A DNA stretch of 64,000 bases from the IMG/VR virus record IMGVR_UViG_3300043823_000114, positions 26,209-90,208 of that record. One strand, 5' to 3'. The notes under the pieces are model-generated. The model was not told where the DNA came from. It saw only the letters and a program-made list of their open reading frames with translations, and made no database searches. Source of the DNA: a virus. Made by a program: the position numbers and the translations under genes. Position 1 is the first letter of the stretch; every line of letters starts with the position of its first letter. Of the stretch, positions 30,720-39,352 are shown in pieces.

Positions 30720-30937
30720 CAAAAGAATGGAAGCCCAGACTTCTTAGTTGTTTCTAAATGACCCTTGACGATATCTGAAATAATAGTTCTTTCTTCAAGA
30801 CTTAGTATCATTGCTTCGTCATAGGTGATACTTCCCCGCATATACCAACACAGTGATAAGATTTCATGTTTGAGGGCTTTTGCTGATTCCTCAATCTTAT
30901 TAATCTCCTCTAAGATTTCGGAGTCAGACATCCGCAA
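30719..30937 (-). CDS. Small baseplate/tail assembly protein (gp51-like or lambda T-like frameshift extension), 72 aa
   Basis: CWYMRG.ITY.EA..LS.EER..I....K..LETTKKSGLPFF; in the -1 frame relative to the upstream chaperone gene. Confidence 0.6.
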   Translation of the reverse strand: MRMSDSEILEEINKIEESAKALKHEILSLCWYMRGSITYDEAMILSLEERTIISDIVKGHLETTKKSGLPFF

Positions 30938-30942
30938 AAGCC

Positions 30943-31785
30943 TTATCCGAAAAAACTGCTCTGATCAAATGTGAGATTAGTTTTGAACTCTTTCTGGCAT
31001 TCTTCATTTGCACAGGTCAATGTCAGTGGTGGAATTTTATAGAAATTCGTTAGTTCTTCCATAGAGTCTTTGACACTAGAGTATACAGCACGACTACAGC
31101 TTTCTAGAAACTCTGCAATCATTTCTCTATCTTTTACTTCAATACCATCTTCGGTAGTAACGCTATAAATCCCATCAATAACTAGATTTAGATTCAACTC
31201 ACGGATCTTGTTAAAACTAAAATTGAAGTTTGCCAGTTTCTGCTCTTCGGTTAGTTCTTCATTTTTAATAATGTTTTGAATCAGCTTCTCTTGTTCAAAG
31301 TTAATCATATTGGCATTGTTCATATTCTTATACATTTGTGGTCTGAACTTAAAAGTTAGTCCGTCAAAGTTGTATGATTTAGAATAATCTGCTTTACCAA
31401 CACTGTCTAGTACAGCATTTAAGTCTACGCTGTATTCGTCGGACTGATTGCAATGTGGGCAAGTACTATTGAAATCCATCGCTTTACCATAACTTGCCAA
31501 TCTCATTGCAATGAATATTGGGTCTAGGTCCACTGCTGGGATTTCCCATGGATCTTTGATTGCTGGACAGCAACTCTTAATCACATCTGCAATAGCTTGC
31601 CCACTGAGTAATGCGTCTGGAGTTTTTAGTGATAGTTCATCTCGGACTGTCATTGGGTACACTGGAATAGTACCGTTTGCAGCCAGTTCTAATCCGTTTT
31701 CGCTGTAAAAGCGCCCTTTACTGGGTAAGCTGAGATAAAGTGCAGGCTGTCTGAAATGTTTTGCCAATGGATTAGCGGTAACCAT
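30943..31785 (-). CDS. gp26: Baseplate hub / tail assembly chaperone (T4 gp26-like), 280 aa
   Basis: NPL..HFRQP.LY..LPS.G.FY; V.PMT.RDE...KTPDALL.G; DLD.I.IA.R.ASYG; CPHC and C...C zinc-binding pairs; ends SFFG. Confidence 0.65.
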   Translation of the reverse strand: MVTANPLAKHFRQPALYLSLPSKGRFYSENGLELAANGTIPVYPMTVRDELSLKTPDALLSGQAIADVIKSCCPAIKDPWEIPAVDLDPIFIAMRLASYGKAMDFNSTCPHCNQSDEYSVDLNAVLDSVGKADYSKSYNFDGLTFKFRPQMYKNMNNANMINFEQEKLIQNIIKNEELTEEQKLANFNFSFNKIRELNLNLVIDGIYSVTTEDGIEVKDREMIAEFLESCSRAVYSSVKDSMEELTNFYKIPPLTLTCANEECQKEFKTNLTFDQSSFFG

Positions 31786-31798
31786 AGTTTGAACTCCA

Positions 31799-31824
31799 AT
31801 AAATATATGTATTGAATATTTATA
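31799..31824. promoter_or_regulatory. Crossed divergent late promoters
   Basis: ATAAATA on plus at 31799-31805 (tape measure) and a perfect TATAAATA on minus at 31817-31824 (chaperone) within a 48-nt intergenic gap. Confidence 0.7.
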
Positions 31825-31833
31825 GGGTAGAAT

Positions 31834-34149
31834 ATGGCCAGTCCAGTAAAAATTAACATCCCCGGTGTGGGTCTCATAGAAGCTACTAATGCTGCCTCGG
31901 AAGACACTCTACTCAAAATTCTTGAAGCTACTAAGAAAAGCGAATCTACTAAGAAAAAAGAAGAAAAAGAAGCCGAGAAACAGCGCAAGCAGATTGATGA
32001 AACTACTGATAGTTTAAAAGGTTGGCAAAAAGGTCTAATAGGGAATTCTTCCAAAGCTAGCAAATTGATGGACGAGCATGTGGCCAGTGGCAATGCCGCA
32101 AATGCCAGTGTCAATAAACTTGCCGCCGGAGCATCAATGGCCGCCGGTGCGATTGGTCAAGAACTATTGCAAATGATTGGTTCTTTGGCTCAGAGTGCCG
32201 CTAGTCTGACATCTGCATTCATGACCAGTTATGATCAAATGGCTGAAAACCCAATCAGCGCTGGGCTAACAGTGTTACAAACAGAAGTTGATGCAACTGC
32301 CACAATGTACAAAACTGCCGCTACAGCATTGCTAACTGGTATAGGTGCAATTTTTGGTCCAATTGGTATGTTAGTGGGGGCTGGCATTGGGGAATTGGTC
32401 GGCACTCTGATTGGTGGTGCCGCAGAAATACAAAAGCAGTATAATCAGAAAATGGCTGACGAGATGCAGAAATCAGTCAAAGTGCAAGGCGAATACACCA
32501 AGATGGGTGCAAGTTTTGCTGGTGGTATGATGGAGATGCGAAATGTAGCCAATGACGCTGGCATAAGCATGTCCTTACTCAGCAAAGCCGCATCTAAGTC
32601 TGCCGCAGATTTAACTGCTACTGGCCTGTCACACGGTGAAGCCATTAAAGTCATGGCAGACGGTATGAAAGGTCTTGCTAAGACAACTGGTAAGAGTGGT
32701 GCATCACTACGAGATGAAATGTTATCATTGGGCTATAGTTACGAAGAACAGGGCGAAGTCATGGCTTCGTATATGGCTCAGCAACGCAGTGCGGGTATAA
32801 ATTTAAAAAATCTTGCCCCAGAAGAACTTGCTCGTGGTGCCCGTGAATACGCCACAAACTTAAAAGTCATCAGTGACATCACCGGGGAAGATGCTAAAAA
32901 GCTAATGGAAAAAGCCAAAGCTGAGTCGTTGCAGGCTGGAGTATTTTCCGAAGTTATGAGAAAAGGTGGTCCAGAAGCTGTTAAGAAACTACAGAATCAA
33001 CTAGCCACAATGCCAGAAGGTTTGAAGAAAGCATACATAGAGAAATTAAGTCTAGGCAAAGTAGTCGATGCCGCGTCAAACATCTACATGAATGCTAATG
33101 AAAAAGCCGCAGATCAATTAACTAACATGAGTGATGACTTGTACAATGCTGGTGTTAGTGCCGCAGACGCAACAAGAAGGACTGGCGAGTATAGTGAACA
33201 AACTGGTAAGTATGCATTAGAACATGCAGATAAAATGGCTGAAATTGGTAAAGCAAGTATTGCGGGTGTGGTTGGTCCAGCAAAAGATACTTCCGATCTT
33301 GCTAACAAGATAACCATGGATGCTATAAAGCGACAAGAAGGTGCGACAGACGCCAGTGTTGACGCCGCTAAAAAGCAAGCCGAACTTGCAGGTAAAGCTG
33401 AAAGTGTGGAAGCAGGATTTGCAAAAGTAACCAGTGCAACGCAAGACTTTGCCAAAAATATGGAGCAATTGACTGGTAAAGAGCTTGGTACATACGCTAA
33501 GAATTTAGCAGATGGATTCAGCACTGCCAAAGATGCGATACAAGATTTTGCTAAAACAATAGATAGTGTGCATAGCAGTATTGCCAGTAAAGCACCAAAT
33601 GCCAGAGAAATAGGTTCAGCAGTTAAATCTGGTGGTTCTTCTTTTCTAGACTTTTTAGGGAAAGTTGGGTCTGCCTACTCTGAGTCTCCTGGGCTTGCTG
33701 AAGGTGGTTGGGCTAACGGAGATCCAGCTGGATTTTTGCAAAAACTTCATGGGACAGAGCTAGTTATCCCCACTAGTGGGGGGATGCTAGACACTAGCAG
33801 TAAGGGATTCTCAGAGTTAATAAAAGCTATGACTGGTACTGATTTGCCCAGTGGTAATATATCAGATACTATTAGTAAAGGTTTTTCAGAGCTAGCTAAA
33901 TCTGGGGATGATCTAGCTTCTTCTACTTTAAATAATGATCAATTACTGAAAAAAATAGACGATCTAATATCAGTTATTGGTGAAAAGTTTAATAGTACAA
34001 GCACTAACAGTGCTGGTGATATTATTACTAATGCTTTCAATGGTATGACTGATATCCTAACTAAACAATTGGGGTTCCACGAAGAAATTGCAGATCATGC
34101 CAAAGACAACAAAGATTTACTAGACAAACTTCTTAAAGTGTCCATGTAA
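31834..34149 (+). CDS. Tape measure-like protein, 771 aa
   Basis: Ala/Gly/Lys-rich helical composition; NAASE.TL N-terminus; hydrophobic Gly-rich segment; LAEGG.......G....LHGTE.VIP motif near the C-terminus; adjacent to chaperone genes. Confidence 0.6.
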   Translation: MASPVKINIPGVGLIEATNAASEDTLLKILEATKKSESTKKKEEKEAEKQRKQIDETTDSLKGWQKGLIGNSSKASKLMDEHVASGNAANASVNKLAAGASMAAGAIGQELLQMIGSLAQSAASLTSAFMTSYDQMAENPISAGLTVLQTEVDATATMYKTAATALLTGIGAIFGPIGMLVGAGIGELVGTLIGGAAEIQKQYNQKMADEMQKSVKVQGEYTKMGASFAGGMMEMRNVANDAGISMSLLSKAASKSAADLTATGLSHGEAIKVMADGMKGLAKTTGKSGASLRDEMLSLGYSYEEQGEVMASYMAQQRSAGINLKNLAPEELARGAREYATNLKVISDITGEDAKKLMEKAKAESLQAGVFSEVMRKGGPEAVKKLQNQLATMPEGLKKAYIEKLSLGKVVDAASNIYMNANEKAADQLTNMSDDLYNAGVSAADATRRTGEYSEQTGKYALEHADKMAEIGKASIAGVVGPAKDTSDLANKITMDAIKRQEGATDASVDAAKKQAELAGKAESVEAGFAKVTSATQDFAKNMEQLTGKELGTYAKNLADGFSTAKDAIQDFAKTIDSVHSSIASKAPNAREIGSAVKSGGSSFLDFLGKVGSAYSESPGLAEGGWANGDPAGFLQKLHGTELVIPTSGGMLDTSSKGFSELIKAMTGTDLPSGNISDTISKGFSELAKSGDDLASSTLNNDQLLKKIDDLISVIGEKFNSTSTNSAGDIITNAFNGMTDILTKQLGFHEEIADHAKDNKDLLDKLLKVSM

Positions 34150-34156
34150 TAGTCTA

Positions 34157-34163
34157 ATAAATA
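34157..34163 (+). promoter_or_regulatory. T4-type late promoter (portal)
   Basis: ATAAATA then AGGA ribosome-binding site before ATG 34183. Confidence 0.65.
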
Positions 34164-34182
34164 TAGCATTACAGGAACAAAT

Positions 34183-35901
34183 ATGGCTGGGTGGAAAAAA
34201 TATTTTAAGACCGGAAACTTTCAGGGTTCAGTGAGTCCAATTGGTAGCGCTACCGGCTCGCAATCAGTAAATCCCGCATACCGTGCTACAGCAAGCACAT
34301 TACCAGAAGTCTATATCGGTCATCCAAATCGTATTGAGCGTTATAATCAATACGAGCAAATGGACATGGACAGTGAAGTTAATGCCGCTCTAGATATTCT
34401 TGCTGAGTTCAGCACACAAAAGAACACAGAGAATCTAAGCCCATTTGATTTACATTTTCACGAAAAACCAACAGATAACGAAGTTAAAATCATTAAAGAG
34501 CAACTGCAACAATGGGTGCAGATGAATGAATTAAACAAACGTATCTTCAAGATTTTTCGAAACACTATCAAGTATGGTGATCAAGTTTTCATCCGTGATC
34601 CAGAAACATTCAAATTATTCTGGGTTGAGATGTCCAAAGTTGTTAAAGTTATTGTTAACGAAAGTGATGGTAAAAAGCCAGAACAATACGTTGTCAAAGA
34701 CATTAACCCAAACTTTCAAAATCTTACAGTCACAGCAGTAAGTACAAGCGATACATTCACTAATCACCCCCAAGTTGGTGGCGCAAGCGGTGCTTATGTT
34801 CAGCCACGAAGCCCATATAGTGGTGGAAGTCGTTTCAGTCATGCACAAAACGAAGCAGTTGTTAATGCTGAACACGTTGTTCATTTGAGTTTAACTGAGG
34901 GTCTAGATATATTCTGGCCTTTTGGTAATAGTGTATTAGAGAATGTTTTCAAAGTATTCAAACAAAAAGAACTACTTGAAGACAGTATCATTATCTACCG
35001 TGTTCAGCGTGCCCCAGAGCGTAGAATGTTCAAAATCGATGTGGGTAACATGCCAACACACATGGCTATGGCCTTTATTGAGCGTGTTAAAAATGAGATT
35101 AATCAACGAAGAATTCCAACACAAAGTGCCAGTGGTCAGAATATGATGGATGCCACATACAATCCATTGCAGACTAACGAAGACTTTTTCTTCCCACAAA
35201 CTGCTGATGGTCGTGGTAGTAGCGTTGAAATTCTTCCTGGTGGACAGAATTTGGGTGAAATCACTGACTTGAAGTTCTTTACTAATAAGCTATTCCGTGG
35301 TCTACGAATTCCAGCAAGTTATTTGCCAACAGGTATTGATGACGGTACTCAAGCAATCAGTGATGGCAAAGTGGGCACTGCCCTGATTCAAGAATGGCGT
35401 TTCAATCAATATTGTAAGCGTCTACAAGGTATGGTTATCGATAAACTCGATCAAGAGTTCAAGATGTTCATGCGTTGGAGAGGTATTAATATTGATGGGC
35501 AAATCTTTGATTTAACTTTCAATGAACCACAAAACTTTGCTCAATACCGTCAAGCAGATATTGATAGCGCAAAGATTGCTACATTCACACAGCTAGAAGC
35601 ATTTCCTTACTTTAGTAAGCGTTTCTTAATGAAGCGTTATCTGGGTCTGAGCGAGATGGAGATGGCAGAAAACGAAATTCAATGGGCAGAAGAAAAAGGC
35701 AAAGGCGAAAGTTCTGAAGCTGGTCAAGCCAATCTGCGTAATGTTGGTATCACTCCTGGTGGTCTTGCCAGCGATCTTGAGAATGTCACTCCTCCTGCTG
35801 GTCCAGCAGGTGGTGGCGGTGCACTTGATGGTATGGGTGGTGCAGAAGCTGGAGCCCCAGCAGCCGGTGCTGCCCCAGCAAGTCCTCCAGGTGTAATGTA
35901 A
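34183..35901 (+). CDS. gp20: Portal vertex protein (T4 gp20-like), 572 aa
   Basis: MD.DSEV.AALDI; LED.IIIYR.QRAPERR.F.IDVGNMP...A; EDFFFP....GRGS.VE.LPGGQNLGEI.D..FF..KL.R.LRIP.S.L. Confidence 0.92.
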   Translation: MAGWKKYFKTGNFQGSVSPIGSATGSQSVNPAYRATASTLPEVYIGHPNRIERYNQYEQMDMDSEVNAALDILAEFSTQKNTENLSPFDLHFHEKPTDNEVKIIKEQLQQWVQMNELNKRIFKIFRNTIKYGDQVFIRDPETFKLFWVEMSKVVKVIVNESDGKKPEQYVVKDINPNFQNLTVTAVSTSDTFTNHPQVGGASGAYVQPRSPYSGGSRFSHAQNEAVVNAEHVVHLSLTEGLDIFWPFGNSVLENVFKVFKQKELLEDSIIIYRVQRAPERRMFKIDVGNMPTHMAMAFIERVKNEINQRRIPTQSASGQNMMDATYNPLQTNEDFFFPQTADGRGSSVEILPGGQNLGEITDLKFFTNKLFRGLRIPASYLPTGIDDGTQAISDGKVGTALIQEWRFNQYCKRLQGMVIDKLDQEFKMFMRWRGINIDGQIFDLTFNEPQNFAQYRQADIDSAKIATFTQLEAFPYFSKRFLMKRYLGLSEMEMAENEIQWAEEKGKGESSEAGQANLRNVGITPGGLASDLENVTPPAGPAGGGGALDGMGGAEAGAPAAGAAPASPPGVM

Positions 35902-35909
35902 CCAAATAA

Positions 35910-35917
35910 TATAAATA
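35910..35917 (+). promoter_or_regulatory. T4-type late promoter (perfect TATAAATA), probably leaderless
   Basis: TATAAATA-ACACT-ATG. Confidence 0.7.
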
Positions 35918-35922
35918 ACACT

Positions 35923-36165
35923 ATGTTTGTATTAGATTTATTTGAATCACCTGAATCTGCTAAGCCAGGTTATCAGAGTGAACAAGATGACAACTCAGTC
36001 ATGAAGTTAAGCGACCTACGCAAAACTCGTTTAACACTAGCACATCTAAATCGTCTACGGATGGCGAATGATGTGCGTAAATTTGAATTCGAAACCAAGA
36101 TGAAAGATATCCAAAGTCAGTACGGTGCAAGTGCTGAAGCTGCCGCGGGGCCAGGTGGAATCTAA
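35923..36165 (+). CDS. Small head-module protein, 80 aa
   Basis: ORF between portal and scaffold-like gene with its own late promoter; D.S....D.RKTRLTL..LN.LR motif. Confidence 0.6.
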   Translation: MFVLDLFESPESAKPGYQSEQDDNSVMKLSDLRKTRLTLAHLNRLRMANDVRKFEFETKMKDIQSQYGASAEAAAGPGGI

Positions 36166-36222
36166 TTATTCTGAAAAAACATCAAAAAAACACGCATAAA
36201 ACCCCCAAAACTGCGTAGTTTT

Positions 36223-36229
36223 CTAAATA
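36223..36229 (+). promoter_or_regulatory. Late promoter variant (CTAAATA) for the head operon
   Basis: CTAAATA followed by AGGAG ribosome-binding site before ATG 36271. Confidence 0.55.
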
Positions 36230-36270
36230 ATAATACAAAGCTACAAACAAATTTTACAGGAGTTCCTTAA

Positions 36271-37545
36271 ATGAACAAATATGAACAACTTATTGAGAGC
36301 ATTCTCAATGAAGACGAAGCAACAGCGAAATCTTTGTTCCACGACATCGTGGTAGCAAAATCTCGTGAAATTTATGAAAGTCTAATGGACGAAGAAATGG
36401 GTGGTAATCCTGCTCAAGGTTTCGTTTCTGACATCACTAATCAAGATCAATCTGCTCAAGACATGGGTCTTGGTGAAGACGACATGGAAGGTGGCGATAT
36501 TGAATTAGGTGGTGACGACATGGATGACGGCTTCGGTGACGAAGAAACATTCGGTGGTGACGACGAAATGGGTATGGGCGGTGAAGAAGGCGATCACGCT
36601 GAAATCATCGGCAAAATGGATGACCTAGAAGCACAACTAGCTGAACTAAAAGCTATGTTGGGCGATGAGGGTGGCGAAGACTTTGGTGGTGAAGAACCAG
36701 CTGGCGACATGGGCGGTGACGACTTCGGTGGTGAAGAAGGCGAAAACGACTTTGACATGGACGGTGGCGAAGAAGGTTCTGGTACATCTGGTAGCGGTAA
36801 ATCTAGCTCTGGATTTGGTACAAGCGGTTCTGGCAAATCAGGATCAGGTTCTTCTGACTTCGGTGGCGAAGAACTAGAAGAAGCATTCGGTATGAGTGGT
36901 TCTGGTGCATCTGGATCAGGTAAGTCTGGTTCTGGTAAATCAGGTTCTGGTAAAATGGAAAGCGCTAACCCATTCGCTAAGAGTGGTTCTGGCAAGTCAG
37001 GCAGCGGTGCTTCTGGATCAGGTAAGTCTGGTTCTGGCAAATCAGGTTCTGGCAAGACAGAAAGCTATGTTCGTAAGACAGAAGCTGAAATCATGAAAGA
37101 ATACGTTGACAAGATCGGCGAAATCTACAAAGTAAATAGTCCAAACAACGAAACTGGTAAAACAGTTGGTACTGGTGGTGATGAGCCTAGCGTAAATCAC
37201 AATTCTATAAGTCTAGACAAAGGTCCTGACTTCGGTGGAACAAACGAAAACATTCTAAGCGGTAAAGGTAACGAAGTTGCTGCCGATGGTAAGCAATTCA
37301 AAGCTCCGAAGAATGAATATAGCAAAGGTCAAACAGAACAACCTTTAGCTAATAAAAACGGCGGTTATAAAAACAAAGTTGGTGGTAACACTCCTTGGAA
37401 TCAGAAAGCTCCTAGCGAAGGTCACGGAGCAGAGAAGAAATCTAGTCGTGAAGGTGGTAACGTAGGTGCTAAAGACACTATCGGTACTAACATCAACAAA
37501 AAAGGTGAGTTGGGCGGCGCAGGTCAACCAACAGGTAAGAAGTAA
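36271..37545 (+). CDS. Acidic, largely disordered prohead core/scaffold-like protein, 424 aa
   Basis: E/D/G-rich with SGSGK repeats; lies between portal and prohead protease, the position of T4 gp67/gp68. Confidence 0.6.
   Translation: MNKYEQLIESILNEDEATAKSLFHDIVVAKSREIYESLMDEEMGGNPAQGFVSDITNQDQSAQDMGLGEDDMEGGDIELGGDDMDDGFGDEETFGGDDEMGMGGEEGDHAEIIGKMDDLEAQLAELKAMLGDEGGEDFGGEEPAGDMGGDDFGGEEGENDFDMDGGEEGSGTSGSGKSSSGFGTSGSGKSGSGSSDFGGEELEEAFGMSGSGASGSGKSGSGKSGSGKMESANPFAKSGSGKSGSGASGSGKSGSGKSGSGKTESYVRKTEAEIMKEYVDKIGEIYKVNSPNNETGKTVGTGGDEPSVNHNSISLDKGPDFGGTNENILSGKGNEVAADGKQFKAPKNEYSKGQTEQPLANKNGGYKNKVGGNTPWNQKAPSEGHGAEKKSSREGGNVGAKDTIGTNINKKGELGGAGQPTGKK
36775..37055 (+). repeat. Low-complexity coding repeat (Ser-Gly-Ser-Gly-Lys)n
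   Basis: Multiple TCTGGT/TCAGGT/AAATCAGG units; TCTGGATCAGGTAAGTCTGGTTCTGG occurs at both 36910 and 37012. Confidence 0.8.
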
Positions 37546-37558
37546 TTAGGGACGTAAA

Positions 37559-38200
37559 ATGGCTTTGTACCTAAAAGAGACGCTTACTTTTAATCATGCA
37601 GGGATTCAAATTCTCGAAGAGGATTCCCACGATGGTAAAGGTAAGAGTCTTAAAATGAAAGGGATATTCATCGAGGGAGGTGTGAAGAACGCTAACCAAC
37701 GTGTTTATCCTGTTCAGGAAATCTCAAAGGCCGTTAATACAATCAATGAACAGATCAAGAGTGGTTATTCAGTTCTTGGTGAGTTAGATCACCCGGATGA
37801 TTTAAAAATCAATCTTGATCGTGTCACACACATGATTGAAAACATGTGGATGGACGGTCCCTGTGGTTACGGACAACTAAAGATTTTACCAACTCCGAGT
37901 GGCAAGATTGTGGAAGCAATGTTGACAAGCGGGGTTAAGTTAGGCGTTAGCAGTCGTGGAAGCGGCAATGTTAACGAAAGCAGTGGTCATGTTAGTGATT
38001 TTGAAATCATTACTGTGGACATTGTGGCACAACCAAGCGCACCTCATGCTTATCCTAAAGCAATTTATGAGAGCTTGATGAATATGCGTGGTGGTGCACA
38101 GTTATTTGAGATGGCCCGTGAAGCATCTCAAGATCAAAAAGTACAGAAGTACGTTGAACAAGGCGTGTTGCGCCTTATCAAAGACCTGAAAATAAAATAA
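37559..38200 (+). CDS. gp21: Prohead protease (T4 gp21-like), 213 aa
   Basis: GIFI....KNANQRVYP; GELDHP (catalytic His); LPTP.G; GVSSRG.G (catalytic Ser); D.VA.PSAP.A. Confidence 0.92.
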   Translation: MALYLKETLTFNHAGIQILEEDSHDGKGKSLKMKGIFIEGGVKNANQRVYPVQEISKAVNTINEQIKSGYSVLGELDHPDDLKINLDRVTHMIENMWMDGPCGYGQLKILPTPSGKIVEAMLTSGVKLGVSSRGSGNVNESSGHVSDFEIITVDIVAQPSAPHAYPKAIYESLMNMRGGAQLFEMAREASQDQKVQKYVEQGVLRLIKDLKIK

Positions 38201-38213
38201 GGAGTAGGATCCA

Positions 38214-39323
38214 ATGTTAGACGCTATCAAACCATTGTTGGAGTCCGGTATCATTAACGAAGGTACTCAGCAAGCAATCAGCGAAGCATTCGAGGCTCGT
38301 ATCAACGAAGCCAAAGAAACTGTTCGTGCTGAATTGCGTGAGGAATTCGCACAACGCTACCAACACGACAAGAAAGTTATGGTTGAAGCTCTAGACAAAA
38401 TGGTGACTGAATCTTTAACAGCAGAAATCTCTGAATTCCAAACTGAGACACAAAAGCTAGCTGAAGACCGTGCAAAATTCAATGTTCGTATGGTTGAAGC
38501 TACAAACAAGTTCGACAATTTCTTAGTTACTAAACTAGCTGAAGAAATCCAAGAACTTCGTGCTGATCGCCAACAATATCAAAATAGCATTGCTAAACTT
38601 GAGAAGTTTGTGGTTAAGGCTCTTGCAGAAGAAATTCAAGAATTCGAAGCAGACAAGAAAGCCGTTGTTGAGACAAAGGTTCAACTTGTTGCTGGTGCTA
38701 AAGCAAAACTTGCAGAACTTCAATCTGCATTTGTTGCTCGTAGCGCAGAAATGGTTAAAGAATCTGTTACTGCTAAACTAGAGTCTGAGATGACTCAACT
38801 TAAAGAAGACATCCAACTTGCTCGTGAGAACATGTTTGGTCGTCGCTTATTCGAAGCATTTGCTAGTGAATTCGCTGTTACTCACTTAAATGAGAACAAA
38901 GAAATTGCTAAGATGCGTGAAATCATCAATACACAATCTAGTGTTATCGCTGAAGCACGCAAAGTAGCTACAGAAAAAGCAACTTTAGTTGAATCTAAAG
39001 AGAGAGAAATTCGTATTATCAAGGAATCTACAGATCGTAAGGTAAAACTTGCTGAAATGTTGAAACCTCTAAACAAAGAGAAAGGCGCTGTTATGAGCGA
39101 ACTTCTCGAATCAGTGCAGACCGACAAGTTACAGTCCGCATTTGATAAGTATCTTCCTGCTGTATTGGGCGGAACTACTGCTAAAGCACCCGCAAAGGTA
39201 GCTTTGACAGAAAGTAAAGTCGAAGTAACAGGAGATAAATCTGCTAAACCAACTCAAGTGCAAGAAGTTGCTGAAACAGCAACAAATGTATTTGATCTAA
39301 AGCGTCTAGCAGGGCTAAAGTGA
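38214..39323 (+). CDS. gp22: Prohead core scaffolding protein (T4 gp22-like), 369 aa
   Basis: Glu/Lys/Ala coiled coil; GRR.FEAFA.E motif; located between protease and capsid. Confidence 0.75.
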   Translation: MLDAIKPLLESGIINEGTQQAISEAFEARINEAKETVRAELREEFAQRYQHDKKVMVEALDKMVTESLTAEISEFQTETQKLAEDRAKFNVRMVEATNKFDNFLVTKLAEEIQELRADRQQYQNSIAKLEKFVVKALAEEIQEFEADKKAVVETKVQLVAGAKAKLAELQSAFVARSAEMVKESVTAKLESEMTQLKEDIQLARENMFGRRLFEAFASEFAVTHLNENKEIAKMREIINTQSSVIAEARKVATEKATLVESKEREIRIIKESTDRKVKLAEMLKPLNKEKGAVMSELLESVQTDKLQSAFDKYLPAVLGGTTAKAPAKVALTESKVEVTGDKSAKPTQVQEVAETATNVFDLKRLAGLK

Positions 39324-39352
39324 CTTAACCCTAAAAGGAAAAAGGAAATAAA

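Noticed and set aside
36775-37055. GSGKS motifs resembling Walker A P-loops
   Set aside because: They are tandem low-complexity repeats with no preceding beta-strand or Walker B motif.
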